A DNA stretch of 64,000 bases from Bacteroidota bacterium (GCA_027484685.1 JAIXSO010000053.1:48164-112163); one strand, 5' to 3'. Positions 9,745 through 19,964 are shown, counted from the stretch's first letter. A program made the numbers and translations. Notes: generated by a model from the sequence alone, not told the origin.

Positions 9745-10833
9745 CTAATTAGCACCAACTGTTTTTTCTTCGGCAGGAGTTGAGTTAATAATGGATACCA
9801 ATTGTGCTACATTTTGAGCCACTTTTGAAAATGCTTTGTAAACTGGACTTGTTTGGTCTAAAGCAGCAGGTTTACCAGAATCGCCACCCTCGCGTACACT
9901 CATGTAAATAGGTATTTGACCCAACAAACTTACTTTTAACTCGCTAGCCATGCTTGCACCACCATCTTTACCAAATATATAATACTTATTATCAGGTAAT
10001 TCCTCTGGAGTAAAATAAGCCATATTTTCAACCACACCTAAAATTGGCACCTTAACGGGTGTCATGCTAAACATGGTTGCAGCTTTATAAGCATCGGCCA
10101 AGGCTACAGCTTGTGGCGTAGTAACCATTACAATTCCGGTTAAAGGAACTACTTGCAACATGGTTAAATGAATATCGCCTGTTCCAGGAGGTAAATCTAA
10201 AATTAAATAATCTAATTCGCCCCAATCGCAATCGTTTACAAATTGGCGTAAAGCCGATGAAATCATGGGACCACGCCAAACTACTGCTTGCTCTGGTTTT
10301 ATTAAAAATCCAATAGAAAGCAATTTGATACCGTATTTTTCAATTGGAATCATGTATTGTTTGCCATTGATATCTCGCATTTGTGGTTGGCTATCCATTT
10401 CGCCAAACATCATTGGCACACTTGGCCCATAAATATCAGCGTCCAACAAACCAACTTTAGCACCCGTAGCAGCCAAAGCAATGGCCAAATTACTCGATAC
10501 CGTTGATTTACCAACTCCACCTTTTCCACTTGCTACTGCAATGATATTTTTAACACCTGGAAGCGTTAATTTTTCGGCACGATTAGAGCTTACATTGGCA
10601 GTCATGGTAACAGTAATATTGGCTTTATCGTTTACCAACTTATGAATTGCTTCTTTGCAATCGGTTTCTATTTTTTCTTTTAAAGGACAAGCAGGAGTGG
10701 TTAATACAATGGTAAAACTAACATTTAAACCATCTACTACCACATCTTTAACCATATTTAAAGTAACCAAATCCTTACGTAAATCGGGCTCTTGAACGGT
10801 TGATAATGCTTTTATTATATCTTCTTTTGTCAT
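9745..10833 (-). CDS. apbC: Mrp/NBP35 (ApbC) Fe-S cluster carrier ATPase
   Basis: 362 aa. N-terminal DUF59-like domain plus P-loop GKGGVGKSTVSSNLAIALA. The C-terminal CxxC region is typical of Mrp/ApbC. Confidence 0.9.
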   Translation of the reverse strand: MTKEDIIKALSTVQEPDLRKDLVTLNMVKDVVVDGLNVSFTIVLTTPACPLKEKIETDCKEAIHKLVNDKANITVTMTANVSSNRAEKLTLPGVKNIIAVASGKGGVGKSTVSSNLAIALAATGAKVGLLDADIYGPSVPMMFGEMDSQPQMRDINGKQYMIPIEKYGIKLLSIGFLIKPEQAVVWRGPMISSALRQFVNDCDWGELDYLILDLPPGTGDIHLTMLQVVPLTGIVMVTTPQAVALADAYKAATMFSMTPVKVPILGVVENMAYFTPEELPDNKYYIFGKDGGASMASELKVSLLGQIPIYMSVREGGDSGKPAALDQTSPVYKAFSKVAQNVAQLVSIINSTPAEEKTVGAN

Positions 10834-10930
10834 TTTGTTTTTATGTATTACAAATAAAGGTTTTTGTACCTAATGTTGTTTGCTGATTTTTATGCGTTGG
10901 TTTTATGATTAAGCTAAAATCATTGACTGA

Positions 10931-12208
10931 TTACAAAAACTCAAAACCAATATCTCTGCGAAAATATTTGCCATCGTAATTAATTTTATTGGCGTTAGCC
11001 AATGAAGTTCTTACTGCTTCATTCACTGAATTACCAAACGAAGTAATAGCCAAAACCCTCCCTCCATTGGTAACTATTTCGTTATCAGTACTTAACGAAG
11101 TGCCTGCATGAAATAACAAAGAATCGGTAACTTGCTCAAAACCAGTCATTACTTTGCCTTTTTCATAATCGCCAGGATAACCAGCAGAAACCATCATTAC
11201 GGTGGCAGTGGTTTGTTCGTTAATTTTCAGGTCAATATTATGCAATTCACCTTTGGCGGCAGCCACCATTAACTCCACAAAATCGGTTTCAATTCTTGGT
11301 AAAACGGCTTCTGTTTCTGGGTCGCCCATTCGGCAATTGTACTCAATAACCATTGGCTCCTCGCCTACTTTTATTAAGCCAACAAAAATAAAACCAACGT
11401 ATTTTATGTTTTCGTTTTTTAAACCTTGAACGGTTGGTTCAATAATGTTATCAATTACTTTTTGCATAAAAACATCGTTGGCAAAAGGAACAGGCGAAAT
11501 TGCTCCCATTCCACCAGTGTTTAAACCCATTTCACCCTCGCCAATGCGTTTATAATCTTTTGCCGTTGGCAATATTTTATACGAGTTGCCATCGCTCAAT
11601 ACAAAAACCGAAAGTTCAATTCCGCTCAAAAACTCCTCAATAACTACTTTTGCGCTAGCAGCACCAAACTTTTTATCGTTTATCATTTGTTGCAATTCGC
11701 TGGTTGCTTCTTCTAAAGTTTGACAAATCAATACTCCTTTTCCAGCAGCCAATCCATCGGCTTTAAGCACAATTGGCATTTTTTGCGTTTTTAAATACTC
11801 CAATCCTTCTTCTAAATTTTGGCTGGTAAAAGTTTTATAGGCCGCGGTTGGAATATTGTTTTTATACATAAAAGCCTTGCTCCAATCTTTGCTGGCTTCC
11901 ATGGTAGCACCCATTTTATCGGGTCCCACAAATAAGGTATTTTTTAAATGTTCGTTTTCTTCAAAATAATTGCGCAAGCCCAAAACCAATGGTTCCTCCG
12001 GACCCACAATTACCAAATCAATTTTATTTTCAAGGCTAAATTGGCCAACAGCCGCAAAATCGTTAGGATTTATTTTTATATTCTGACCAAATTGGGTAGT
12101 TCCCGCATTGCCAGGCATAATAAATAATTGTTTACATAACTTACTTTGAGCTAATTTATAAGCAAATGCATGTTCGCGTCCGCCAGAACCAATTAATAAA
12201 ATATTCAT
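10931..12208 (-). CDS. purD: phosphoribosylamine--glycine ligase
   Basis: 425 aa. Begins MNILLIGSGGREHAFAYKL, with ATP-grasp motifs throughout. Confidence 0.9.
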   Translation of the reverse strand: MNILLIGSGGREHAFAYKLAQSKLCKQLFIMPGNAGTTQFGQNIKINPNDFAAVGQFSLENKIDLVIVGPEEPLVLGLRNYFEENEHLKNTLFVGPDKMGATMEASKDWSKAFMYKNNIPTAAYKTFTSQNLEEGLEYLKTQKMPIVLKADGLAAGKGVLICQTLEEATSELQQMINDKKFGAASAKVVIEEFLSGIELSVFVLSDGNSYKILPTAKDYKRIGEGEMGLNTGGMGAISPVPFANDVFMQKVIDNIIEPTVQGLKNENIKYVGFIFVGLIKVGEEPMVIEYNCRMGDPETEAVLPRIETDFVELMVAAAKGELHNIDLKINEQTTATVMMVSAGYPGDYEKGKVMTGFEQVTDSLLFHAGTSLSTDNEIVTNGGRVLAITSFGNSVNEAVRTSLANANKINYDGKYFRRDIGFEFL

Positions 12209-12359
12209 TGGGCAAATATACCAATTAAGGCAAGCAAAATTTATAAAACCTAATTGAGTTGATGAATATTAGTTAACCCTATTTGGTGTAAAATAAAATT
12301 TGAAATTGTAGCAAAAACAGATTTTTTATTTAAACTTGCCTTAAATTTTTAAATAATTT

Positions 12360-13595
12360 ATGAAAAAAATATTTACCATTATTGCTGCTTTAGCAGTATT
12401 TACTAATGTAAGCGCACAAAGGTACAAAGACAAAATTTTTACCGAAGTAGCCATGGATAGTGTAACTTATGGTTCTGCAAAAAACTATGCTGGCTCTACA
12501 CAAGACCTGAAAATGAATATTTTTCAACCAGTAGGCGATACTGCAACTAACAGACCTTTATTAATATTGGCTCATGGAGGTTCATTTGTTGGTGGAAATA
12601 GGTATTTACCAGATGTAACTTATTTATGTACCGAATTTGCAAAACGTGGCTATGTGTGTGTTTCAATTCAATACCGTTTAGGTGTTAATCCAATCGAAAT
12701 TGCTCTAGACCAAAGCCAAGCAGGACCTCAATTTGCTAACGCTTTGTGGCGTGGAACTTTAGATGGAAGAGCGGCTGTGAGGTATTTAAGAGCTAACGCA
12801 AATACTTATAAAGTTAGTTTAGGTCAAGTATATTTAGGTGGAGTTTCGGCAGGTGGTGTACTTGGATTACATGAAGCATTTTTAGATACAGAAGCCGAAA
12901 TTGGAACAGCAAACCCAAGAATGGACACTGCTGCTATTGGTGGTGGCATTGAAGGTTTAAGTGGCACACCAGGACAAAGCTGGAGAGTAAAAGGAGTTAT
13001 TAATTTATGTGGCGCTTTAGGCGATGTAAATTGGATGAGTAATAACAAAAATGTTTCTATATTTAGTGTGCATGGAACAAACGATGAAACGGTTCCATAT
13101 AAAACTAATTTCTTTTCTTATGCAGGTTTGCAAATTGGCCGTTTAAGTGGAAGTTTTGTGGTAGATTCAATGGCAAAAGTATTGGGTATGAAATCGGTAC
13201 TTTATACTTTTCAAGGTGCACCTCATGTGCCGTTTAGCCCAGGAGTAGGAACTACAGCAAGTAGTACTGCGTATATGGATACTACCGAAGGTTTGTTAAG
13301 AGAATTTTTATTTGATGATATTAAAACAGCAGGTGTAGGTGTAAATAATGTATTGGCTAATAGCGATGTAAAAGTTTATCCAAATCCAGCTAAAGAAAAT
13401 GTTTCGATTGAAACCAGTAAAGGTAACAACAATGTAATTACCATTTTAGACTTAAGTGGAAAAACCATTGAAACTGTAAATACTAGCAAAACAATTACTG
13501 TTTTAAATACTACTAACTTAACTTCAGGAATTTATTTTATACAAATAACCAATGAGTTTGGTAGCATTACTAAAAAATTAGTAATTGAAAACTAA
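12360..13595 (+). CDS. secreted alpha/beta-hydrolase esterase with T9SS C-terminal sorting domain
   Basis: 411 aa. Signal peptide, HGGSF oxyanion motif and GGVSAGG nucleophile elbow. The C-terminal ~80 aa (KVYPNPAKENVSIE...GIYFIQITNEFG) is a Por_Secre_tail. Confidence 0.8.
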   Translation: MKKIFTIIAALAVFTNVSAQRYKDKIFTEVAMDSVTYGSAKNYAGSTQDLKMNIFQPVGDTATNRPLLILAHGGSFVGGNRYLPDVTYLCTEFAKRGYVCVSIQYRLGVNPIEIALDQSQAGPQFANALWRGTLDGRAAVRYLRANANTYKVSLGQVYLGGVSAGGVLGLHEAFLDTEAEIGTANPRMDTAAIGGGIEGLSGTPGQSWRVKGVINLCGALGDVNWMSNNKNVSIFSVHGTNDETVPYKTNFFSYAGLQIGRLSGSFVVDSMAKVLGMKSVLYTFQGAPHVPFSPGVGTTASSTAYMDTTEGLLREFLFDDIKTAGVGVNNVLANSDVKVYPNPAKENVSIETSKGNNNVITILDLSGKTIETVNTSKTITVLNTTNLTSGIYFIQITNEFGSITKKLVIEN

Positions 13596-13620
13596 ATTTT
13601 AAAAAACTAAACCCTTTAAA

Positions 13621-13660
13621 AAGCCGCTAATCACTAAAATTAGCGGCTTTCTTTATTTTT
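13621..13660 (+). terminator. intrinsic terminator after the esterase gene
   Basis: aagccgctaat-cactaaa-attagcggctt followed by ctttattttt. Confidence 0.6.
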
Positions 13661-13726
13661 GGGTTTAAAATATTGGGGTGGCAAGGTTGTTGTAAATAGG
13701 GTTTTTAACTTAAACCACATACATTT

Positions 13727-14269
13727 ATGAAAACCAAACACTTTATTTTATTCCTAGTTATTGCAGCTTGTTTTTCGGCCTGTACTCCTAAAATTATTTT
13801 TAACGAAGCACTTAGAAATAACCTTGACCTCAAGCAAATTAAACCTGAAAAACTCCAATTTTATATTGATAGAAGTATTGATATGCGCAGAGAAATTGCC
13901 TCTAACAGCACTAAAATTTCAGGAGGAAAAATTGAATATTATAAAGGTAAAAATGTGCAGATTTTAAATATAAAAGAACTTACACCTGGTATTTGTTTGC
14001 GCAGCACCGATTCTACCTTAGATATTGCATTTGAAAGCAATAACGAATTGTATTTAACTTTTAAAAAAATAAAATCGCCTGATTTAGATGTAAAAATTTA
14101 CATGCTTGATGGTTTTAAAAATGAAGAAGGAAACTTTTTTGTAAATTATGGAGGTGTAAGTTACCAAATAGACGAAAAAGCAGCCGAAGCCAAAATTTTG
14201 ATAAAACGCAAAATTGCCAATAAAGAAAATGTGAACGTGAAGAAAATTAAAGGCAGAAAGGTGAGTTAG
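13727..14269 (+). CDS. hypothetical lipoprotein
   Basis: 180 aa. Signal peptide with lipobox FSACT. Confidence 0.45.
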   Translation: MKTKHFILFLVIAACFSACTPKIIFNEALRNNLDLKQIKPEKLQFYIDRSIDMRREIASNSTKISGGKIEYYKGKNVQILNIKELTPGICLRSTDSTLDIAFESNNELYLTFKKIKSPDLDVKIYMLDGFKNEEGNFFVNYGGVSYQIDEKAAEAKILIKRKIANKENVNVKKIKGRKVS

Positions 14270-14285
14270 GATTGTTGAATTGTTA

Positions 14286-14300
14286 TCACGCAAGGCGTGA
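14286..14300. repeat. 15-bp palindrome TCACGCAAGGCGTGA, copy 2
   Basis: Located 17 nt after the stop of the 13727-14269 CDS. Confidence 0.8.
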
Positions 14301-14319
14301 TTGAATTGTTATATTGATA

Positions 14320-14552
14320 AATTGTTAAATTGTCAATTGCTAATTGTCAATTATCCATTGCTAATTATCCATTGTCAACTATCCATTGTCAATTATCCAT
14401 TGTCAATTATCCATTGTCAATTATCCATTGTCAACTATCCATTGTCAATTATTCCATTGCTAATTATCCATTGTCAATTATCCATTGCTAATTATCCATT
14501 GTCAATTATCCATTGCTAATTATCCATTGCTAATTATCCATTGTCAATTGCC
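14320..14552. repeat. 14-bp tandem repeat array (CCATTGTCAATTAT / CCATTGCTAATTAT, ~16 units)
   Basis: Read directly from the sequence. There are two unit variants (TC/CT swap) plus occasional AACTAT. The array explains the artefactual ORF 14301-14519. It lies between convergent genes. Confidence 0.9.
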
Positions 14553-14565
14553 TATTAACAAAAAC

Positions 14566-14601
14566 GCCCGAAATCAAAAGTGATTTCGGGCGTTTTATTT
14601 T
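14566..14601. terminator. bidirectional intrinsic terminator (gcvT / lipoprotein gene)
   Basis: A 12-bp stem cgcccgaaatca/tgatttcgggcg with A-run on the 5' side and T-run on the 3' side. Confidence 0.75.
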
Positions 14602-14611
14602 AAATTATATA

Positions 14612-15688
14612 CTACAAAAACGGAATTTTTACCACTTTAGCTTTAATCATTTTTTCGCGAATTTCGATGAAAATTTCTGAATCAACTTTGCTATGCGAAG
14701 CTGCTACATAACCCATACCAATAGCTTTGTTTAAACTTGGCGATTGAGTTCCTGAAGTAACTTCACCAATGGTATTTCCTTCTGCATCTTTAATCATGTA
14801 ATGTTGACGAGGAATACCACGGTCAATTAATTCGAAACCAACTAATTTTTTAGTAGCACCATTTTCTTTAATGGCTTTGTGATGTTCGCTCATTATAAAT
14901 GGTTTGGTAAATTTGGTAATCCAACCTAAACCTGCTTCAATTGGGCTAGTTTCATCGTTGATATCGTTACCATACAAACAAAAACCTTTTTCTAAACGTA
15001 AAGTATCGCGCGCACCTAAACCAACTGGAATAATATCAAACTCTTTTCCTGCTTCAAAAATGGCATCCCACATTTTTTTAGCATCTTTATTCCAAACATA
15101 AATTTCAAATCCACCTGCACCGGTATAACCTGTGTTTGAAATAATTACATCATCGCAACCAGCCATGGTACCACCGCAAAAAGTGTAATATTCCATAGCG
15201 CTTAAGTTTACATCAGTTAATTTTTGTAAAGCCTTAATAGCATTAGGACCTTGAACTGCAAATAAACTCATGTCATCACTCATGTTTTTCATTTCTACAC
15301 CAAAAGTATTGTGTTGGCTAATCCAATTCCAATCTTTTTCAATGTTTGATGCATTTACTACTAAGTAATACTCATCGGCACTCCAACGGTATACCAATAA
15401 ATCATCTACAATTCCACCTTTATCGTTTGGTAAGCAGCTGTATTGAACTTTACCATCGGTTAATTTTGAAGCATCGTTGCTGGTAACTAATTGAATTAAT
15501 TCAAGCGCTTTTTCGCCTTTTAGCATAAACTCGCCCATGTGGCTAACATCAAACACACCTACCGAATTGCGAACAGCTAAATGTTCTTGAATTAAATTGG
15601 TGTATAATACAGGCATGTTATAACCTGCAAATTCAATCATTTTTGCACCCAAGCCAGCGTGCAAATCATTTAAAGCAACGTATTTCAT
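14612..15688 (-). CDS. gcvT: glycine cleavage system aminomethyltransferase T
   Basis: 358 aa. [29 protein letters not shown] is the canonical GcvT N-terminus. Confidence 0.9.
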   Translation of the reverse strand: MKYVALNDLHAGLGAKMIEFAGYNMPVLYTNLIQEHLAVRNSVGVFDVSHMGEFMLKGEKALELIQLVTSNDASKLTDGKVQYSCLPNDKGGIVDDLLVYRWSADEYYLVVNASNIEKDWNWISQHNTFGVEMKNMSDDMSLFAVQGPNAIKALQKLTDVNLSAMEYYTFCGGTMAGCDDVIISNTGYTGAGGFEIYVWNKDAKKMWDAIFEAGKEFDIIPVGLGARDTLRLEKGFCLYGNDINDETSPIEAGLGWITKFTKPFIMSEHHKAIKENGATKKLVGFELIDRGIPRQHYMIKDAEGNTIGEVTSGTQSPSLNKAIGMGYVAASHSKVDSEIFIEIREKMIKAKVVKIPFL

Positions 15689-15810
15689 TTGTTAAAATAT
15701 TATTTTAGTTTTTATAAAGGCGAAAGTAATATAATACTTTAAAAAATTGCCATGTTGTAAATTTGATAAAAATTTGTTGATTAGTTAATTGAGTTGTTTA
15801 AGTTAATAGT

Positions 15811-16884
15811 TTAAAATTTTCGTGCGTAAATATTTGTGCTAGTTAATATGTAAAGTGTATTATCAATGACCCAATTACACTTTATTTCTTCATTTTCTGC
15901 AAAAGGTGTTGTAATACTTTCAACCTTTCCACTTTCAATATTTAATAAAGTTAGCTCGTTAAACAAATATTTATTATCATTACTATAGCTTAAAATCAGC
16001 ATGTACTTTTCATTAAAGTATGGAAGAACATTACCTAATAACTTATATTTATATACAACTGCAAAATCTGAAAAATTAGTTGTTTTGTATATTTCACGTG
16101 TGATGAAGTTATGAAAGTAAGCATAATTGTTAAAAGTCCCTATAAAAGTATAATCTTTTGAAATACTTTGATTGGTTTGAACCAGCATTGACTTGGTATT
16201 TATTGTGGCAAATTCATTTTCAAAATATTTCCAAAACACAATATTATCTCTTAATCTAAAAGTTGTATTGAAACCAGTTTTAGAAAAAATTGAGATGGTA
16301 GTATCTATTTTTTTGTTATTATGTCTATAATTAAATAAATAATTATAGCCTAATGCATTATTATAATTGTAGTAGGCGAAATAATCATATCCATAGCCAA
16401 TAAAGTTATATAAATTAGTTTCATTTGTATCTTTTATAAAGTAACTACGCGCAAAAAAATTGGTAATTATTTCTGTTCCATATAAATTATTTTCAATAAT
16501 TACTTGACTGCTTTTACCTGGTCCAGCTTGTGGGTTAATAATATAATAAAAAGTGTTTTTGAAATTAGGAAAGCCAGCAACTGATTGAAACTTAATAGCA
16601 GAATTTCCCGAGTTTAATATAAAATTGGGTGAGATTGTAAGATTGAAATTAGAGTCAATAAAAAAAACTTTATTATAACTTAACAACGCCATGCTTTTGT
16701 TTGGTTGGTAAGATACATCTGTTATATTGTTACCAACTTTATATGGAACTTTGTTCATCTTTGTCCATTTATTATAATAAACAATTGAATCAATTTCTTG
16801 GTTGTTGCTAACTGTGTTATTGTTTTCTTTTTTACAGGCAAAAAAGGAAAGTATTAACAAGGCAAAAAATATTCTTTTAATCAT
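15811..16884 (-). CDS. family-B lipoprotein, copy 1
   Basis: 357 aa. Lipobox SFFACKKENNNTVSN. The C-terminus ends ..NIYARKF. Paralogous to the two upstream genes. Confidence 0.55.
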   Translation of the reverse strand: MIKRIFFALLILSFFACKKENNNTVSNNQEIDSIVYYNKWTKMNKVPYKVGNNITDVSYQPNKSMALLSYNKVFFIDSNFNLTISPNFILNSGNSAIKFQSVAGFPNFKNTFYYIINPQAGPGKSSQVIIENNLYGTEIITNFFARSYFIKDTNETNLYNFIGYGYDYFAYYNYNNALGYNYLFNYRHNNKKIDTTISIFSKTGFNTTFRLRDNIVFWKYFENEFATINTKSMLVQTNQSISKDYTFIGTFNNYAYFHNFITREIYKTTNFSDFAVVYKYKLLGNVLPYFNEKYMLILSYSNDNKYLFNELTLLNIESGKVESITTPFAENEEIKCNWVIDNTLYILTSTNIYARKF

Positions 16885-16890
16885 GTCCTT

Positions 16891-17970
16891 TTAAAATTTT
16901 CGTGCGTAAATATTATCTTCAGTTAAAACATACAAAACATTGTCAATAATCCAATTACATCTTACCTTTTCGTAACGTTCTAATGGCATTGATAAAATTT
17001 GAGAGGATTTATTTTCTAGATTCAATAGTATAAATTCTGTTTCTTGGTCATTATAAGTGCTTAGGTATTTCACAATTAATAAATATTTTTCGTTAAAATA
17101 AGGTACTGGATTATTAATTAAATCATTCTTATAAACCATTTCAAAATCCGTAAAATTATTTGACTTATATATGCCTTGATTAAAAAATTTATTATTATAA
17201 AAGTAAGCACTATTATTAAAAGTACCTATAAAACTAAAGTTTTTTGGAACGCTTTGATTTTCTTGAACAGACATTGTTCGAATATTTATTGTAGTAAAAA
17301 CATTATTGTAATATTTCCAGAAAACCACTTTGTCTCCAAGTCTAAATGTAGTATTATAGCCTTCACCAGTAAAAGAAATTGTAGTATCTATTCTTTTTTG
17401 GTTGTTAAAATAGCGTAATTGATAGTTATCTAAATTAGGTAACGCTTTGTAAATGTAATATGCATAATAGTCTTCTCCATAACCCATATAATTGTAGGAA
17501 TTATTCTGGTTCGTGTCTTTTACGAAAAAATTTCTTGAATAAATTTGTGTATTAACTTCAGAACCATAAATAGTATTTTCAATAATTAGCTGATTGGACT
17601 TACCAGAAGACGAAATGGCATCAGTTAAATAAAAAAATCTATCTTTTATATTTGGAAAATCATTATAAGTTTGGAATTTCATGTAAAAAATACCAGAATT
17701 ACTAAAAAACCTTGGTGATAGATTTACTTTATAATTGGAATCTATAAAATACACCCTAGAATTAGTTAGCAAAGCAATGGCTTTATTTGGAAGATAAGAT
17801 ATGTCTGTAACGTAATCTGTCAGTCTTAATGGAACTTTGTTCATCTTTGTCCATTTATTATAATAAACAATTGAATCAATTTCTTGAGCGTTGCTAACTG
17901 TGTTATTGTTCTCTTTTTTACAAGCAAAAAAGGAAAGCATTAACAAGGAAAAAAATATTCTTTTATTCAT
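16891..17970 (-). CDS. family-B lipoprotein, copy 2
   Basis: 359 aa. The same N-terminal 45 aa are nearly identical to copy 1. Conserved motifs include VFWKY, IGTFNN, PYFNEKY and CNW. Confidence 0.55.
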   Translation of the reverse strand: MNKRIFFSLLMLSFFACKKENNNTVSNAQEIDSIVYYNKWTKMNKVPLRLTDYVTDISYLPNKAIALLTNSRVYFIDSNYKVNLSPRFFSNSGIFYMKFQTYNDFPNIKDRFFYLTDAISSSGKSNQLIIENTIYGSEVNTQIYSRNFFVKDTNQNNSYNYMGYGEDYYAYYIYKALPNLDNYQLRYFNNQKRIDTTISFTGEGYNTTFRLGDKVVFWKYYNNVFTTINIRTMSVQENQSVPKNFSFIGTFNNSAYFYNNKFFNQGIYKSNNFTDFEMVYKNDLINNPVPYFNEKYLLIVKYLSTYNDQETEFILLNLENKSSQILSMPLERYEKVRCNWIIDNVLYVLTEDNIYARKF

Positions 17971-17985
17971 AACTATATTTTAAGT

Positions 17986-19065
17986 TTAATAAAACTTTCT
18001 ACCATAAACATTATTACTCGTTAGCAAATATAAATTATCACCAATTACCCAATAGCATTGGGCTTCTCCATCCCAAGAATCCCAAGTAAAAGTAACCACT
18101 TTTAAGGTTTCAATATTAAGTAAACAAATGTTATGTGTTCTAATTGTATTTTGTTCAAACTGTTGAGAATACATGATGTACTTTCCTTTGTGATAAGCCC
18201 AAACTTTATCCATAATTAAATCTGTATATATTTTTTTGAAGTCTTTTAAATTGGAGCTTGAGTAAATTGATCCATCTGCTTTTTTCTCAAAATAAGCGGT
18301 GTTATTATAAATACCAATCAATTTGAAATCGGCTGAAAAAGTTTGGTTTGAATCAAGTTGGTTTGTAGCAAAATCAAAATACCTAAAATTATTTCCTGTT
18401 TCATTTAAAAAGCAAAGCTTGTTATTGAATTCAAATGCTTTTGTATAAAGCTGATTGATATTTAATTTTATTGATTTGGTAAGTATATTATTGCTAAAAT
18501 AATTAATAGAATACCCCATTGCTTTTGTTTTATCAATACCAAACCAAAACACCTTATAATCATCATTTTCCAACATGATATCGTAAATAATATTTGATGA
18601 GGTGTCATCAATAAAATAATTTTTATTGAAATACTCAAAACGTAAACTTTTTTCTGATGTTAAGTTATAAGAAACAAAAAATTGACTAAAAGATTTATCA
18701 TTGTTTCTAAATGTATTTAAATACAAAAAATAAGCATATAAAGAATCTGTAGTTTTAGACTCTGCAAAGCGTGATTGAATATTTGTTCCTGATTGTAAAC
18801 TTCTATATTGAAAAGGTTTACTTAATACTTTATTTTCATCAATAAAGTAAACATCATTATCACCTAATATGCATAAAATACTGTTATTATTAATTAATCG
18901 AATATCTTTAATGTACAAATAATCAATGAACTGATTGTCCATAAATTTAGTCCATTTATAATTCGTCAAAGTGGTATCCAGTTGACTTGTATTAACTGTA
19001 GTATTTTCTTCTTTTTTACAGGCAAAAAATGATACAAGCAGAAATAGCACAATAATTTTATTCAT
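17986..19065 (-). CDS. family-B lipoprotein, copy 3 (more divergent)
   Basis: 359 aa. Lipobox FFACKKEEN. Shares motifs YKWTKF, YFID, CYWVI and LYLLTSNNVYGRKF. Confidence 0.5.
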   Translation of the reverse strand: MNKIIVLFLLVSFFACKKEENTTVNTSQLDTTLTNYKWTKFMDNQFIDYLYIKDIRLINNNSILCILGDNDVYFIDENKVLSKPFQYRSLQSGTNIQSRFAESKTTDSLYAYFLYLNTFRNNDKSFSQFFVSYNLTSEKSLRFEYFNKNYFIDDTSSNIIYDIMLENDDYKVFWFGIDKTKAMGYSINYFSNNILTKSIKLNINQLYTKAFEFNNKLCFLNETGNNFRYFDFATNQLDSNQTFSADFKLIGIYNNTAYFEKKADGSIYSSSNLKDFKKIYTDLIMDKVWAYHKGKYIMYSQQFEQNTIRTHNICLLNIETLKVVTFTWDSWDGEAQCYWVIGDNLYLLTSNNVYGRKFY

Positions 19066-19193
19066 GAATTATAATTTTACAATTGCAATATAAAATTTAT
19101 TTATAAACTTGCAATTAACCTTGATTAACGAAATAAAATTTACTCAATTTTTAAGTATTCCTATCTTCGTATTTAACTCAAACCCCAAAAAAC

Positions 19194-19610
19194 ATGAAAA
19201 CAATTTTACGAAACGTATTAGCCGTTATAGTTGGCATACTAGTTGGTTCAGCAGTAAACATGGTGCTTATTAACTTAAGTAGTTTTATAATTCCACCTCC
19301 ACTTGGCGTAGATGTAACCACTGAAGAAGGTTTAAAAGCTGGCATACATTTATTTGAACCCAAACATTTTATCATGCCATTTTTAGCGCATGCATTGGGG
19401 ACCTTAGTTGGTGCGTTGTTAACAGTGTTAATAGCTGCCAATAATAAAATGAGGCTCGCTTTAACCATTAGTATGGTATTTTTTATTAGTGGAGCCATAA
19501 TGATTAATTTAGTTCCTGGTCCTATTTGGTTTGCAATAGTTGATTTGGTTTTTGCTTATATACCAATGGGTTTGTTAGCTGCAAAAATTGCTACTAAAAA
19601 AGAAATTTAA
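19194..19610 (+). CDS. small integral membrane protein (hypothetical)
   Basis: 138 aa with 3-4 predicted TM helices. Confidence 0.45.
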   Translation: MKTILRNVLAVIVGILVGSAVNMVLINLSSFIIPPPLGVDVTTEEGLKAGIHLFEPKHFIMPFLAHALGTLVGALLTVLIAANNKMRLALTISMVFFISGAIMINLVPGPIWFAIVDLVFAYIPMGLLAAKIATKKEI

Positions 19611-19740
19611 AGTAATTTAAAATAATATAAAACAAAAAAGACTTTTAGGAAATATTTAAATACAAATAGAAACTATAAATTCTAAAAAAAGTCTTTAGAT
19701 ATTCTAAAAAAACTGTAGATACTAAATTATAAAAATTTAT

Positions 19741-19867
19741 ATTCCATTAGCAACGTGCGTTGGGTCGGCAAAAAAGCGGGCCAGCCCAGGCCTGTGGGCA
19801 GAAGCATTTTTTTGCCTTGATTTTTTGTTTCTTTTTCATCTAAGGAAAAAGAAAGAAAGAAAAAGTG
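19741..19867. repeat. ~125-bp GC-rich intergenic repeat, copy B (inverted relative to 7001-7125)
   Basis: See copy A. It lies in the convergent gap between the 19194 CDS and hflX. Confidence 0.8.
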
Positions 19868-19964
19868 CTTTTGTTAGTTGACAAAAAAGACTCCTAGAAA
19901 AAAAGATAAACCTTGAAATCTATGAGTCTTTTTGTTTTAATAAATTATAAATCTTTAGCTACAA

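Noticed and set aside
14301-14519. 72-aa ORF in the track, reading MNCYIDKLLNCQLLIVNYPLL...
   Set aside because: It is entirely a translation of the 14-bp tandem repeat array. The periodic amino-acid sequence is an artefact.
14320-14552. Possible CRISPR array
   Set aside because: The units are contiguous with no unique spacers. The 14-bp unit is far shorter than CRISPR repeats, and there are no cas genes.
15689-15810. Possible glycine riboswitch upstream of gcvT
   Set aside because: The region is AT-rich with no GGAGAG/CACCG-type conserved cores.
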